Positions 30,296 to 45,096 of a stretch of 64,000 nucleotides of DNA are shown here, piece by piece. The stretch's first letter is position 1, and each line of letters starts with the position of its first letter. The stretch lies in NCBI GenBank assembly GCA_009914755.4, contig CP068257.2:37120001-37184000 (forward strand), written 5' to 3'. The translations under genes and the position numbers were made by a program. Source of the DNA: the human T2T-CHM13v2.0 reference genome, Homo sapiens. The notes under the pieces were generated by a model that made no database searches, had not been told where the DNA came from, and was given only the letters and a program-made list of their open reading frames with translations.

Positions 30296-30416
30296 GGAAA
30301 GGTAATTGAATGTCCCGTGAGGTGTCATGAGGGTGTGACCTGGAATTAGCTCTGCTGCTCTGCATGGCATCACTTTTTTTGTCCTTAGTTTGATTCCCCT
30401 TATTAAAAGTAGCTGG

Positions 30417-30799
<383 letters not shown>

Positions 30800-32204
30800 C
30801 TAACTTCCGGTGAGCACTCACATGCCTATCTCGCTGGAGTCCTATGTTCCCAGGCTTGCATCTGTCTGCCTGTTCCCCCTACGTCTCCACCCACAGAGGT
30901 AGCCGCGGCTCTGCAGCTCTGGAGCCTCAGGGCTGGAAGCAGGTGAGGGGAGGCCTTTGTTGATCCTGCTCAACCAATGCCCCTGCTGCCACATAGAAGA
31001 AACAGTGGACGTGTTTAGAAAATGATACCAAGTTTACCCCTGAAACGCAATTGCATATCCTGTGCAGGCTGAGTGAGGCAAGGTGAAACTATTGACTGGT
31101 ATCACTTGAGATAGAGCCAACTGTTCAAACTGAAACTGAAAGACAGCGTGGTCCCTCTGAGGAAAAAAGGGCAGAAGTAAAAGCACGAAATTGTCACTTG
31201 TGTAGTGGCAAACAAAAAAGAAAGAGAAAATAGGTTTCACTTATTTAAATTATAAAAGTAGTTAGTATGTGCTGATTCAAAAAACTTAAAAGATACAGAA
31301 GTGTATAAGATAGAAACAGAACTGCGTCTGCCTCCACCTCCTCCCCTGCCCACAAGCCAGCCCTCCACTTTCAGACTCCACAGAAGCAACTGTTTTAATG
31401 CGTGGTAAACATATTTAGAAGAACTTTCTCTGCTGTGCATAAAAGCATGCTCTAACATCATTTGGTTTCACTTCATTTTATTTTAAAACCACAGTATTCA
31501 ATGACTTGCTTTTCTACTCACTAGTATATTATGGGCAACTTTTCATAGCAATGAATACAGATTTATCTCAGAACGTAATCTTGAATCAATTTCAGAATAA
31601 CTCTGTGGGATACATGGGTGATTATAAATTCACAACGTGCCTTGGGGGAATATACCACCTGTTTCTATGGACGCAATTTGCAGTACATTAATTCGGCACA
31701 CCACAAAGGCTGGACGGTTATCAATAGATTGGGTCAAGAAGAGAAGTATACAAAACATTCAGCTAGCTTTAAAGCTAAGGTTTGTCACCACAAATCTATG
31801 AAGTGTCTCTTCCGTGAGTTGGAGAAAGTGATTATTAGAGAAGCCTCAATAAAGGTCAACAGTTACAGATGATTTGAAATTTTGCCAACGTAGAAAACAG
31901 TTGGAAAACCATTGGAAATTATATTTTTTATCTTGAGTCAAGTAGGAAATAAACTTAATTTACATAGTGTAAGAATGGTTGATATACAATGTAATCCTAA
32001 ATCTTAAAATTGCTGGAGATAAATCACAAAGAAAACCAAAAAGATCCAAAAAAAAAAAAGGAGTTAAAAGAGAAGATTTTATCTTCTTTCAGAGGATAAA
32101 CAATCTCAAGATTCCATAATTCTTTGAATGTCTCAGAAAAACAAAATTCGTTCAAGCTACTTCAGATATTTGGAAGAACAAAATTAATTTTCCCCACCCA
32201 GATG

Positions 32205-32455
32205 AATCATTCTATCAGAGGTTCTCAACTGGGGGCGATTTTGCCCCCCACCCCCGGGGGACATTTGACAATGTCTGGAAACATCTTTGATTGTCACCAC
32301 TGGGGGCAAACGGTGGGAGGATGTGCTGCTAGTCTTAGTAGGTGGAGGCCAGGGATGCTGCTCAACATCCTACAACGCACGGGACGACCCCCGCCACGGA
32401 GAATGATCCGGCCTCAAATGCCAACAGTGCTGAGGCCGAGAAACTCTATGTGATA
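32205..32455 (+). mobile_element. MER20-like hAT-Charlie non-autonomous DNA transposon
   Basis: cagaggttctcaactgggggcgattttgccccccacccccgggggacatttgacaatgtctggaaacatctttgattgtcaccactgggggcaaacggtgggaggatgtgctgctagtcttagtaggtggaggccagggatgctgctcaacatcctacaacgcacgggacgacccccgccacggagaatgatccggcctcaaatgccaacagtgctgaggccgagaaactct. This matches my recollection of the MER20 consensus (ggttctcaacctgggggtgattttgcccc...ggccagggatgctgctaaacatcctacaatgcacaggacagccccc...gtgccgaggttgagaaaccctg), including the terminal inverted repeats. Confidence 0.5.
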
Positions 32456-32884
32456 CTTTCCTAAAGGGACTGCTTTCTGTTTCATTCTCTTATTTAATCA
32501 ACTTCACAAACACATCAGAAACATAGGTCACATCCTTTTCTTGTGAATCTAAACCAGTCTAGCTTAAAACACCCTAACCTTCCTCCAAAACAAAATAGAA
32601 GTGAACATTTTGTATGAGAGTGACTCACATGTAAAACTATGACGTGAGGATAAACAGTAATGCCCGAAACATACAGCAGGCCTTCCAGGCAGGCAAGAGA
32701 TGACTTCAGACATTGGAGGGTAGGTCACGTCTCACGCAACAAATCCAGAAACCATCCTGCAACTCACAAGAAATCTGCTTGTAGCTTGAAAAGGATTCTG
32801 AGCCAGGAGAACAAGGTTAAAATTATTTCCAACATAAAGGAAAGGAACAGGAACTTAGCCTCTTACGTGCTTAATCACCTAATA

Positions 32885-32940
32885 AGACACACACACACTC
32901 GCACACAAATCACACACACACATACACACACACACACTTA
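32885..32940. repeat. (CA)n microsatellite, imperfect
   Basis: cacacacactcgcacacaaatcacacacacacatacacacacacacac. Confidence 0.9.
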
Positions 32941-35900
32941 AAATACTTATTTTGGATTCTTGTGAATAAAATCCAGCTCAAGTCTATGGGAAAAAAAAAT
33001 CATGGCCAGAAAAGTCTTTCCATTTTCACTGGGTACCAGCCAATAAATCTTAGCCTCTGATGCTCTACTGAATTCAGCTTCTCACTTTCCTACCCTGCTC
33101 CCATCCCACCCCCACACCGAATCAGCGCCAGCTCTGGATTTTACACTCGTAAGCTCAGCTCAGGCCCTGGTAGAGGTGGAGCATCTCATTGCCTTATTCA
33201 TACCTGCTTTGAAAGATATCCTTGTCTTACTCAGTTGGAAGCTCTATAAGCCCCCCATTAAGGCCAAAGAATGTGAAACATCACAAACAGCACAGCATCA
33301 TGTACATAAACTGTTTATTTAAGAGCGGGCAGTCATAGACTGTGGGTGATCCGGGAGATGCATCAGTAGATTTCCTGTGGCCTCAGAAAAATCCACGCAG
33401 TAACCGCAACAGAGAGATGACAAAGAGTCGGTTGCAGGAGGCCTCTGCCCAGGGAGGGTGGCCACCTACCCTGTGCAGTTCAGGCAGAGCACAAAGGCTC
33501 CTCCCAGGGCCCTGGGGAAGGCTGAATCCAGCCTGCCCCTGGCTTACCTAGCTTGGCCCTGGGCAGAGCACTTTTCCTCCACCCCTCACAGAGGCGCAGG
33601 TTACTTGTACCAGCCCGATGCAAATGCTTTGGTGAATGGGCTACCCTAAAACAGAGGATGATGAAGAACGATGGCCATTCCCAGAGTATAATGAGGGATT
33701 CCCTTTAAGTGAGCTTTGCTCTGCCTTCTGCGTTTTCATTAGAAACCAGAAAACTGCTGAGCCTAATTTGTGTTTAAGCCATCATAAACTAAATAATCAG
33801 TTCCTATTAATGACCCTAATTATTCAGCTCCTATTTTTAAATGCTGGTCTTTCAGCATGCTCTATGTGGGTGGTTTTAATTAAGCCTAATTGTAGATACG
33901 TCACATCCAAACAGACACCCTACTCAAATGATTAATAGAGCTTGGAATCTAGTTCACTAAATAGGGGTTTGCAATGGGATGATGGTGTCTATCAAGCTGA
34001 AACGTATCATATAAATTATTTCTCTGATAACTCTAATGGCAGAGAGAATTGTTTATTAGAGTCATTTAGGATTAGAGCCACCACTGGTCTCAGAAGCTAC
34101 ATTCTCAGAGCAGTTGTCAAGTTTGCTGAAAGATTGTTTTCTTAAATTAGCTCTAAGTTGGAATGTACTGGTTTTTCTTTTGCATTTATATTCCCAGAGG
34201 CCTTCTTCTTTAAAAGTGTCTTCTGACATGGCAAAATAACTATCATTTAAGAAGCACTAATCTTAACTAAAAACAAACAAACAACTCACCTTCAATGTAA
34301 AGACCGATTGCTCCTCTTTAGCCCTTCCCTAGAAATCAGCTTTTGATCACTGACCAAGCACTCTCAAGCTTCCGATTCCCCTAAATCTCACCTGATTTTC
34401 CAACACCTCTGAGAGCTTGACATTGCCACTTTTTACACATGAGAGGTGAGGATATCGAACCTCTGAAAGGTTATCTGATCAGCCTGGGATCTCCTGGGGC
34501 AGAGCTGGGCTTAAGAATCACCTGCTTGAGATTTCACCTGCAATTGCCTGACCCATGGGGCTGTGACTTCTTGGATTAAAGCATCATCCATGCACCTTGT
34601 CACTCTACATGGGCAGAGCAAGCCAACCTAGAAACCAATCAGGAGCCACCATAACAAACACAGCCGTGACTCAGCTCTCCACCTGCACACCTCCACCTGC
34701 CCATCAGTCCACACTGGACACTTAACACCCACAAAGGATTTGAAATTTTCCCAACGGCCTCTCACAGGACACATAAAAGCAAATACAAGCTGTCCTCAGT
34801 GCTGTGCTACAGAATACGTTATCCATTGGTTGATCACACAGATCCAGTGAAATATTGTCAGGGAGTTCATTTGAAAACTGTTGTTGCCATGATGTGCTTG
34901 TAGTGCCGTCTGTCAGAGCAGATATTGACCCATTCAAATCCAGCGGCATAAGACAAATGACCAATAGAGACAGTCGTTTCCAGGGTAGGGTCTCTATTAT
35001 TTTTAGCAAATTTTTCCCTGTAGGGTTATGTTTCGGATGCTTCAATGGGCAGATTAAGATGTACTGTGACAGTGATAGAGAATTAGCAGTGGATAGAATT
35101 GAAATTATGTCTCATTTCAGGTGTGGTCTTCACCAGGTCTCACTCATTGGCCTTAATTGTCAATTGAATTGAAAGGGGGTCCTTGCAGTCAAGGTCAGAA
35201 TTTGGGAGGCTCAGAAAATCAAGAGCTGATTGCTGTCCATGGACAGATGTGACCTTTAGGTGTTTGGCCACCCAGCCCAGTTGACTTGGATGAAATGTGT
35301 AGAGAGGCTAGAGCCACAGACTTTGGTTAAATTTATCTGATAGGATTCTGAATTCCTTCTGTGTTATCTTGAATTGCTTTGAGTTTTCTCAACACAGCTA
35401 TTTTGAATTCTCTGTCTCAAAGGTCACATATCTCTTTCTCCAGGATTGGTCACTGATGCCTTATTTAATTCATTTAGTGAGGTCATGTTTTCCTGGGTAG
35501 TGTTGATCTTGTAGATATTCTTTGGTGTCTGGGCCTTGAAGAGTTAGGTATTTATTGTATCTTCACTGTCTGGAGCCACAGACTTTGGAATCAGACACAC
35601 CTGATTATACATCTCAGCTCCTCCATTATTCACTCTGTGACTCCAGACATGTTACACCACCTCTCTGAGCTTCTAATTCCCTGCATCCATAAAACTAGAC
35701 AGTCATACTTAAATTATTGAATCATTGTAAGGTTTAAATTAATTAATGGAGACAAAACATCTTACTCATAATAAACACCAGTAGGTGTCAAAGGGAGAGA
35801 GTGTCTTTTTTATCTGAGCATTTGTACTGAAATGAGAACATTATGATAGCAGTGGATAGCAAAGTCAAAGTAACCATAATTTTTAAATATCCCCTAATGA

Positions 35901-36164
35901 ACTGACCATGTAGAGAAATAGTTGACACTCAAACCCCCTTCACATCTACCATCAGCCTTAATGGTAGTCTATTGGGTCAATGTCTATGCCAGTCTTAGTA
36001 ACAAATGAAAATTGAAAACACTGCAAATACAGTGCAAACTGATGACAACATGAAACTCCAAATCTTGCCTATGATATAAGGTTCCCTGAAGTTAAAGAAA
36101 GTGATGGAGGAACTACCATGATTGTTCAGTGTGCAGTGAAAGCTGATGTTACTGTAATAATCTA

Positions 36165-36525
<361 letters not shown>

Positions 36526-39500
36526 TCAAGACAAAGTTTCAGCTGTCACACTGCCCTTGTTGGTTCTGTGAAATCATGTTCCCCATTTTAAGTAAATTCA
36601 CTTTTCAGTAAAAATTACTCTTTGAAGACAGAGGTCTATGTATATACAAACTTACATGTGTCATTTCACAGAATAAGGAAGAAATGGTTTCACAAATTAT
36701 ATTGCATCAATGTGAACTCTCTTTGGGCACAAACACAGGATAAACATCTGTCAGATAGGATTAAAGTGCCTGTGTGCCACTGAGGAATGGGATGAAGAGA
36801 GAAGGAAGATAATAAGAAGAGAAGGCAAGAAGAAGAAGAATCAAACAGACAGAAATGGAACTTCCCTCAAAGGTGGTGCAGACCTGCCTGGGGCCCCTGA
36901 GAGCAGGAAGGCTTTCCTCCTGAATCCAGCAGAGCTCTTCTCACCACGTGGCCAGAGTCTGCCTTCTGCATGAATGTCATTGCCTAAGTGACTTCGAGAT
37001 GCAGATGGAGCGTGGTTTCACCCTCAGTCTCTCCTCCTCTGGTTCACGCCCATGTCTGATTCCTGGGCATCGCTTTGCCTCAGAAAGCCACCTCCAGTCT
37101 TTCCCACCCACTTCCAATTTGCCCTTGCCCCTTCCTCCAAGCCAAGGCAGTGGTTGTATAAACATAGCTGTATGTACAACACTCAGCTTTTACACTGGTC
37201 TCCATTGAATGAGTAATCGCATTACCAACCTTCTAAGCAAGTCGGCTCCCTCAGGACTGCCGTCTTCCAGCCCTCGTAGTACGAAAATGATTCATTAGTC
37301 CCTTCATCACAATAACATGAGTCACATGTTATGAAAAGCTAGGAGGATGTATTTTGTGTACACTGAAATCTAAGGTTTGCAAATTTCTGCAATTTAACTT
37401 TATTGAGGAGGGAGTGGGGTAGAAATGAATTCCACATTTTTTCTAAGTACGAAAACCCACATCAGGCAACATCTGCTTAAGTCAGTCTCCAAGGACTCAA
37501 TGTAAACGGTTGTTGATATAAATAGATGTGTTTTTAAGCAAAGACAGATGTCCCAGCCCCAAATGTTAAGAAAACAATTAAGTTCAAAGACATGTTGGTT
37601 TTCATTTCTTTCCCAATAGGTGAATCTTCACTGGGCTATGACAATGAGGGGTGGAAGAGAGAACACTGTGTTTCCCTGTGGAAAGGTGTGTTGTGCCGTG
37701 GGTGGCAGGTGTGAGCTGCACACATGCAGGATGGCGTCCGCTTGCCTCCCTAGTGTTGCTCGAGAGGCCTGGGTCATGACGCCTTCCCTTACTCATGCAT
37801 TCTCACGGCACTTGCTGATTTATTTGAAGACTCCCCTATTCAGAACTCCTCAGAATATTATTTCAGGGAATACTAAGTGGGAGGCATTAGGAAATAAGTC
37901 CCCGGAATTTGGGGGTCCATGGGAGAAGAAACTAGAAGCCAGCAGGACTCTGGAGCAAGAGTGGGCTATGGGACAATGGTCCTCAGTAGGAACGGGCCTG
38001 CATCTCGTTCTCCCAGAGCAAGGATCTGAAATCCAAAAGATGATCAACAAATCTGCATTTCGGCAGGAGGAACATTCCCAGTGAGCTTATCAGGAAAGCT
38101 AGCACCAGGCACAAAGGGTCATTTCTACACAGAGAAATTCACATTGTTTGTGTCAGGCACTTTGCCAGAAAGCATTTTGACAAATTCCCTCGTTGAATGT
38201 GAGGGATGCAATGAAGAATTTAAAGTTTCGCAGGAATTAGTGACATAAGGCAAGTTCACATTTTGACCATACCACCCTTTACATGGTAGAAAATTCTACC
38301 CCATATGCCCAAAGCAGGTCTTCCCTTCCTTCTGAGAAGCCGAGGCAAAGACCTTCCTGGCCTTTGGGCCAAGCTTTCCCAGGAAGGGAAGGAAACTGTA
38401 GCTGCTTTGGAGGGTTCCTCGGACTAAATTGGGGGTGCCAATGCTAGAAGATAACACAGGCTGGCAGGCCACTCCCCGCCCCAGGCCCCAGCCAGAGCAT
38501 CCCAGGCTCCATCCCAGGCCCCATCCTAGGCTCTGTGGTACAGGCAGGGGGAGGATGGCTAGTACCCTTCACCCCGAGGGCATGGCCGCCTTTCTGACAT
38601 CACCTGGGAGGGGGCACCCCGGCTGGCCGAGGTTTAAGGTAGAAAAGCCTAGCTCCTTTGTTGTTTGTCATGAAGCCAAATGATCTGGAACTTGGTTCTT
38701 TCTCAAATGGTCAGAAAAAAATGTCAAAACAAAGCCCCCATCACAAATCACCTCAGGACACATGTCACACTCTTCCCGGGCCTGAGCACTATTAGTGATT
38801 AGAAACGACCACTCAGTTGTGAGCACACAGGCTGGGCAGGCTGTCAGAAGTTGCAAAAGCCGTCACTGGTTGTGTCAGGCGGATACCAGAATCAGTCAGC
38901 GATCTCAAAGTCTGGTGTCCATGCTGCCAGACATCTGTGAGTATTAGGATAAAATGTCATATTAATCAGACATTCACATGAGGCCACAAGCAACGCTTGG
39001 CATTTGTAGATGTAGTGTAGATAGATAAGCCACCCCATACTCTCTTCCTGGACACACAGGAGGACCACCTTTCCAAGCCTCCTTTTCCTCCCATTGGGTT
39101 CTGGTGAGAGGTGTGTGGGCAGAGGTGATGGGAGTCCTGTAGACTTGGCCATAAAGCACTCTGAGTGATCTTTGACACACCTTCTTCCCCTTCTGTGACA
39201 ACCCTGGAGGCTGTGTATTGACCATGGTGGCTTCACAAGACGTAAGGAGACTAGATCCCTGGGTTATCACATGGAGAAGAACCCAGCAGAGCTGCTCAGG
39301 CTGTATTGGAATGGGGATGAGGGGAAGCAAACCTTTGTGACATTACAACACTGAGATTAGGAGATTGTTAGCGCAGCTAGCATTTACTATTCTGATGCAT
39401 GCACCTTGTTTCTGGGAAGTACGGATGGATACCACCAAGCAAGGTGCTTTGAAGTAGTTCGTTTATTGGCATTTTCCAGACCAAGTGTATAGTTTAAAAT

Positions 39501-40379
39501 CAGTCCCCCAAAAAATCACAGTTGGGAAGAGAAAGAGAAGCCCGAGAATGAAAGGAGTATGATGCTGCTCACTTTGGGACCGAGTGCCATTAGATTCCTA
39601 GAGTAACAAGAAACTGAAAGGATTACTCAGTTCATTCTCTAATTCTGAGCATAGCTGTGCCCAGATCATCCTTGAGGGACAGTCTGTTCCCTGTTCCCAA
39701 ATGCAGCCAAGCATGAAATTCCACAGCCCAGACTAGTAATTTAGTGACTCGAAACCCGGGCCCCGGGAGCTCTTTCTGAGGGCCAATCCAAGCCCCTTGC
39801 TGGGCTGTATCTTGCTCCCATTTCTCCTTTTCCCTGAGGAAACAGACTGTTGCTTACAATTTTGATATGGTGTGTCTGCATTTATTTGATTACTAACATC
39901 ATATGAATTCCCCATCACTCTTTATTCTTGAAGTAAAATAATGCATTTCCCTTAAATTTATTTAATCCATCCAGCAATTCCTGACTATGCAGCCAGCTCT
40001 ACTCCAGGGAAGAGAAGGCTCAGTCTCTCCCTTCAAAGAGGTAAGATAGACACATTAAAAAGTTAACAGGATATTGTTACATGTTACAATGAATGGGAAG
40101 GACCTTGTGAAGAAGAAGACATGAGCTCCAATCTGGAGGGCTTCCCAGAGGAAGTGGGCTTCCAGGGGCCCTGAAAGATGCTAAGAACTTAGAAGAGTCA
40201 AGAGAGAAGTTAGGACATTAGGAGAGAATTCTAGAGGCCAGGATGAATGTGGGGAAGGATGGCGAGAAAACCAGCTTGGTTGGAGTAGAAACTTCCACTG
40301 GGGAATGGACAAGAAGGGCTCGAGGGGAAGAAGAGTAAGAGCCAGTCTTGGAGGGTGTGGTAGGTGGAATAATGGCCCT

Positions 40380-40860
40380 CCAAGGGTATCCAAGTCCTAA
40401 TCCCTGAAACCTGTAAATATGTGGCCTTACATGGTCAAAGGGACTTTGCAGATGTGATTAAATGCAGGACCTCGAGGTGGGGAGATGATCCTAGATTATT
40501 CAGATGTTCCCAAAATGTAATCACAAGCATCTTTAGAAGGGAGAGACAAGTCTCAGACTCAAAGAGAGAGATGAGGTAATGAAAGCAGAGGTTGGGGAGA
40601 GAGAGTTCAAGATGCTATACTGCTTGAAGATGAAGGGGGGCCCTGAGCCAAAGGATGCAGGTACCTGTAGAAGCTGGGAAGGGCAAAGAAATGAATTCTC
40701 TGCTGGAGCCTCCAGAAGGCATGCAGCCTTGCAGATACCTTGCTTTTAGGAATTCTGACCTCTAAAATTGTAAGATCATATATTTGTGTTGTTTTAAACC
40801 ACTATGCTTGTTGTCATTTGTTACCATGGCCAGAAGAAATGAATGCAGACAATTTCAAAT
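40380..40860 (+). mobile_element. Old MLT1-like MaLR LTR remnant
   Basis: ctaatccctgaaacctgtaaatatgtggccttacatggtcaaagggactttgcagatgtgattaaa...ggagcctccagaaggcatgcagccttgcagataccttgcttttaggaattctgacctctaaaattgtaagatcatatatttgtgttgttttaaaccactatgcttgttgtcatttgttaccatggccag has the same layout as MLT1 LTR internal and 3' regions. Confidence 0.4.
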
Positions 40861-42187
40861 TTGAAGCTGATGAGACTTTAACCTGCCAAAAAATCAGAGT
40901 CTTGGACTCAGAAGGTCTTTCAACAGAGTCATGAAATCAGTCATTCTTCATGTGTGTGTAGTGTGAGCTCTCCTTAAGTGCCACAAAACACATCCTTGCC
41001 CATATTGGTCCCCAAGAACCCCAGCGTGGATGACAGTGCATCACACAGATGAAACTGGTAGAGTATTTTCTGGATGAATGAGCAAATAAGCAGTAAATGC
41101 TGCAATCTCTCTCTGGTTGAAGTCCTCAATTCCTCTTGCCTGAACCATTTCAATATCCACCTCATAAGCCTCCAGGCTCCAATCTTGTCTCCATTCCAAC
41201 CTGCTGCCAGGGTCTTCCTCTCATGCAAGTGGTTATGTACATTTCATCCAAATAAAATTCAAATTCCTTAAAATAGCATATAGCTCTTTTTGGCTTCCCT
41301 GGGCAACATCAGAAGAAGAATTGTCTTGGATCACACATAAAATATATTAACACTAACAACGGCTGATGAGCTAAAAAAAAAATAGTCACACAAAAAAATA
41401 TCATAATATCTTAAAAAAGTATTGGGCCACATGTGGTCTGTGTGCTGTGGGTTGGACAAGCTTGGTCGAAAGCCTTCTATGGCCTCAGTCTATCACTCAA
41501 GCAGAAACCACCAACACCCACATGCTTTCCTGTCTGCGTTGGCAGAACTTCACTATTAAGTTGCCCTCTCTAATATGACTTTACTATTCTAAGAAATCGT
41601 TGCCCAGGAAATAAAAGTTACTAATTGTATTGTTTCAGGAACTTCCCAGAAAAACTAATTTAAGTGATTATCAAACTACTCAACTCTTCAATAACTAGTA
41701 TCAAGGATTATTTACTCTCCAATACACTTCTGAGAACCCTGCCTTAAAACCCTCACCTTGCTGTCTTCACCAATCCTGAACCATTATATCATGATCCTTA
41801 ATCCTATTCAAACTTCTTTCCCCATTGAAAGACCTGCCAAACCCCCTAAACCTTACAAATAGCCCAACTTTGTCATACTCACAGAAAATACTATGCAGAC
41901 TTTGTTGAGATAGTTGTGTTGCTTACCATGGGAAGCAGTAAACTCAGCTTTGCCTGACCAGCAGGTTGTTGGGGTGATGTTTTTGGGGAGTCAGTACTGG
42001 ACACCTAAGTAAACTTGTTACTTCATGCTTCCCTCTTCTAGAAGGCAGAATAATGGCTGTCCAAAGATGTCCACATCTTAATCTTAGGAACCTGTAAATA
42101 TATTTCCTTACATAGCAAGGGGGAATTAAGGTAGCAGATAGATTTAATGTTGCTAATCGGCTGACTTTGAAATGATGAGATCATTGA

Positions 42188-42590
42188 TACAGCTTGAATA
42201 TATGTCCCTGTCAAATCTCATGTTGAATTGTAATCCCCAGTGTTGGAAATGGGGCCTGGTGGGAGGTGATTGGGTCATGGGGGCGGATCCTTCATGGCTT
42301 GGTGCTGTTGTGATAATGAGTGAATTCTCAGGAGATCTGGTATTTAAGTGTGTGGCACCTTCCCCCTACTTGCTCTCTCTTGCCCTCATTCTCACCATAT
42401 GAGATGCCTGCTCCATCTTCTTCCACCCTGATTGGAAGCTTCCTGAGGCCTCCCCAGAAGCCAACCAGATACAGTCACTATGCTTCCTACATAGCCTGCA
42501 GAACCGTGAGCCAAATAAACCTCTTTTCTTTATAAATTACCCAGGCTTAGGTATTTCTTTAGAGCAATGCAAGAATGGCCTAATACAATT
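42188..42590 (+). mobile_element. MST-type ERVL-MaLR solo LTR
   Basis: tacagcttgaatatatgtccctgtcaaatctcatgttgaattgtaatccccagtgttggaaatggggcctggtgggaggtgattgggtcatgggggcgg ... gcagaaccgtgagccaaataaacctcttttctttataaattacccaggcttaggtatttctttagagcaatgcaagaatggcctaatacaa. Confidence 0.65.
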
Positions 42591-42619
42591 ATCCTAGATT
42601 CTCCAGGTGGGAACCCATG

Positions 42620-42965
42620 TAAACACAAGGATCTTTACATGTGGAAGGGGGAAACTGAAAGAGTCAGTGTCAAATCGATGAGATGCAGGAAAGACTCAAC
42701 CAACCGTTGCTGGCATTGAAGATGGAGGATGGGGCCACAAGCCAAGGAATGGGCAGCCTTAGAAGCTGAAAAAGGCAAGAAATGCATTTCTACCTGGAGC
42801 CTCCAGAAAGGAATGCAACCCTGCCAACACCTAGATTTTAGCCTGGCAAGATCTGTATTAGACCTCTGACCTCCAGAACTGTAAGATAATCTTGTGTTGT
42901 TTTAACCCAGCAAATGTCTGTTCATTTGTTTTGGCAGCAGTAGAAAACCAGCATATCTCTCCTTG
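42620..42965 (+). mobile_element. MLT1-like MaLR LTR remnant directly downstream of the MST LTR
   Basis: ggagcctccagaaaggaatgcaaccctgccaacacctagattttagcctggcaagatctgtattagacctctgacctccagaactgtaagataatcttgtgttgttttaacccagcaaatgtctgttcatttgttttggcagcagtagaaaacc. Confidence 0.45.
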
Positions 42966-43022
42966 CTGATGCTCCTTTCTCCATCTGAAATCTCAATCTG
43001 ATCTCACTCTTCTGCCTGTTGA

Positions 43023-43436
<414 letters not shown>

Positions 43437-44387
43437 TGTTCTCCTTTATTTTATACGATCACATTTACTAGGGTATGTAGCGTATATCTTCTATGTCTTA
43501 TAAATAACTTTTGCACAGCTGAATGGTAAAGATTTGTCTATTCTTTCAATGTAACCATACCATTATCCCTTTAGCTAGCTAAATAACATCCATGGTGGGT
43601 ACAGAAGTATCCTGACAGAAGTCATGTATTTGAGGAATGAAATGTAAGTTCTTCATTAATTAAGGCTGGGAGAATCTTCCTCTTTTGGAAACTAATATAT
43701 CAACTTGAAAGTCAATTCTAATAAGAAGGTTGAAAGAATGATATGGAAAGGAATTTGTGAATAATAGAAAAGAAATGAAAAGAACACTTTCTGTAAGGCT
43801 AGCTTCTCCACTGGGCATCAGGGCTGTTGCTTTGAGCCTATAGCTTTTCTAGCGCCTATGAAAATATTTGAAAGCCTAGACAAGAAAGAAACATCAGGAA
43901 GTTAAAATAGGTTCATCAAATGTCTACAAAATGTAACCTTATCTCAACTCATTAACTGAATTTTGCATACATACAAATTCCATTACATTTGCAAAAAATG
44001 TGTAAGTTTGTTTTTCTCACTTCATCAGAATTCAGAATTCTCAAGCATGCACCAGGAACGAAAATAACTACTTTTCGCCAACTAATTTTGAAAGCAATGT
44101 TTTCTCTTAATTGTTTCAAATTACTTTACATTTGAAAATATTTAAGATGAGAAGTAGATGCATTTTAACATATGTGATGGAATGTATCATGGAGCCTCCA
44201 AAATTGAGAGACCCTACAGCCTACCCAGAGCTTAAAGCAGCCCCGTTAGTTACTGGGCAGAAAGGAATGGGGTGTGGCTGACAGGTAATGTGGATGATGG
44301 TGGTAATAACAGTGACTCATATTCCTTGCACACTTACCATGTGTCCTTTATTTCTTACATCATTTTTTAAAAATTGAGGGCTGGGCG

Positions 44388-44749
<362 letters not shown>

Positions 44750-45096
44750 CTACCACCTATCTCTAGTTTCCAGTCTTTTTCATCACCCCAGAAAAATTCC
44801 CCATAACTGTCAAACAAGAACTCTCCACTCCTTCCTCCCTTCAGCCCCTGGAAACCACCAATCTGCTTTCTGTTTCTATAGATGTGCCTATTCTGGACAT
44901 TTCATATAAACAGAATCATACAAGTGACTTTCTGTTTCTGACTTCTTTCACTTTGCATGTTTTCAAGGTTCATCCATGTCGTAACATATGTCAGTTCTTC
45001 CCTCATTTTTTGGCTGAATAATATTTTGTTGTGTGTATTTTGGGCTACTATGAATAATTCTGCTGTGAACATTTGTATACATGTTTCTGTATGGGC

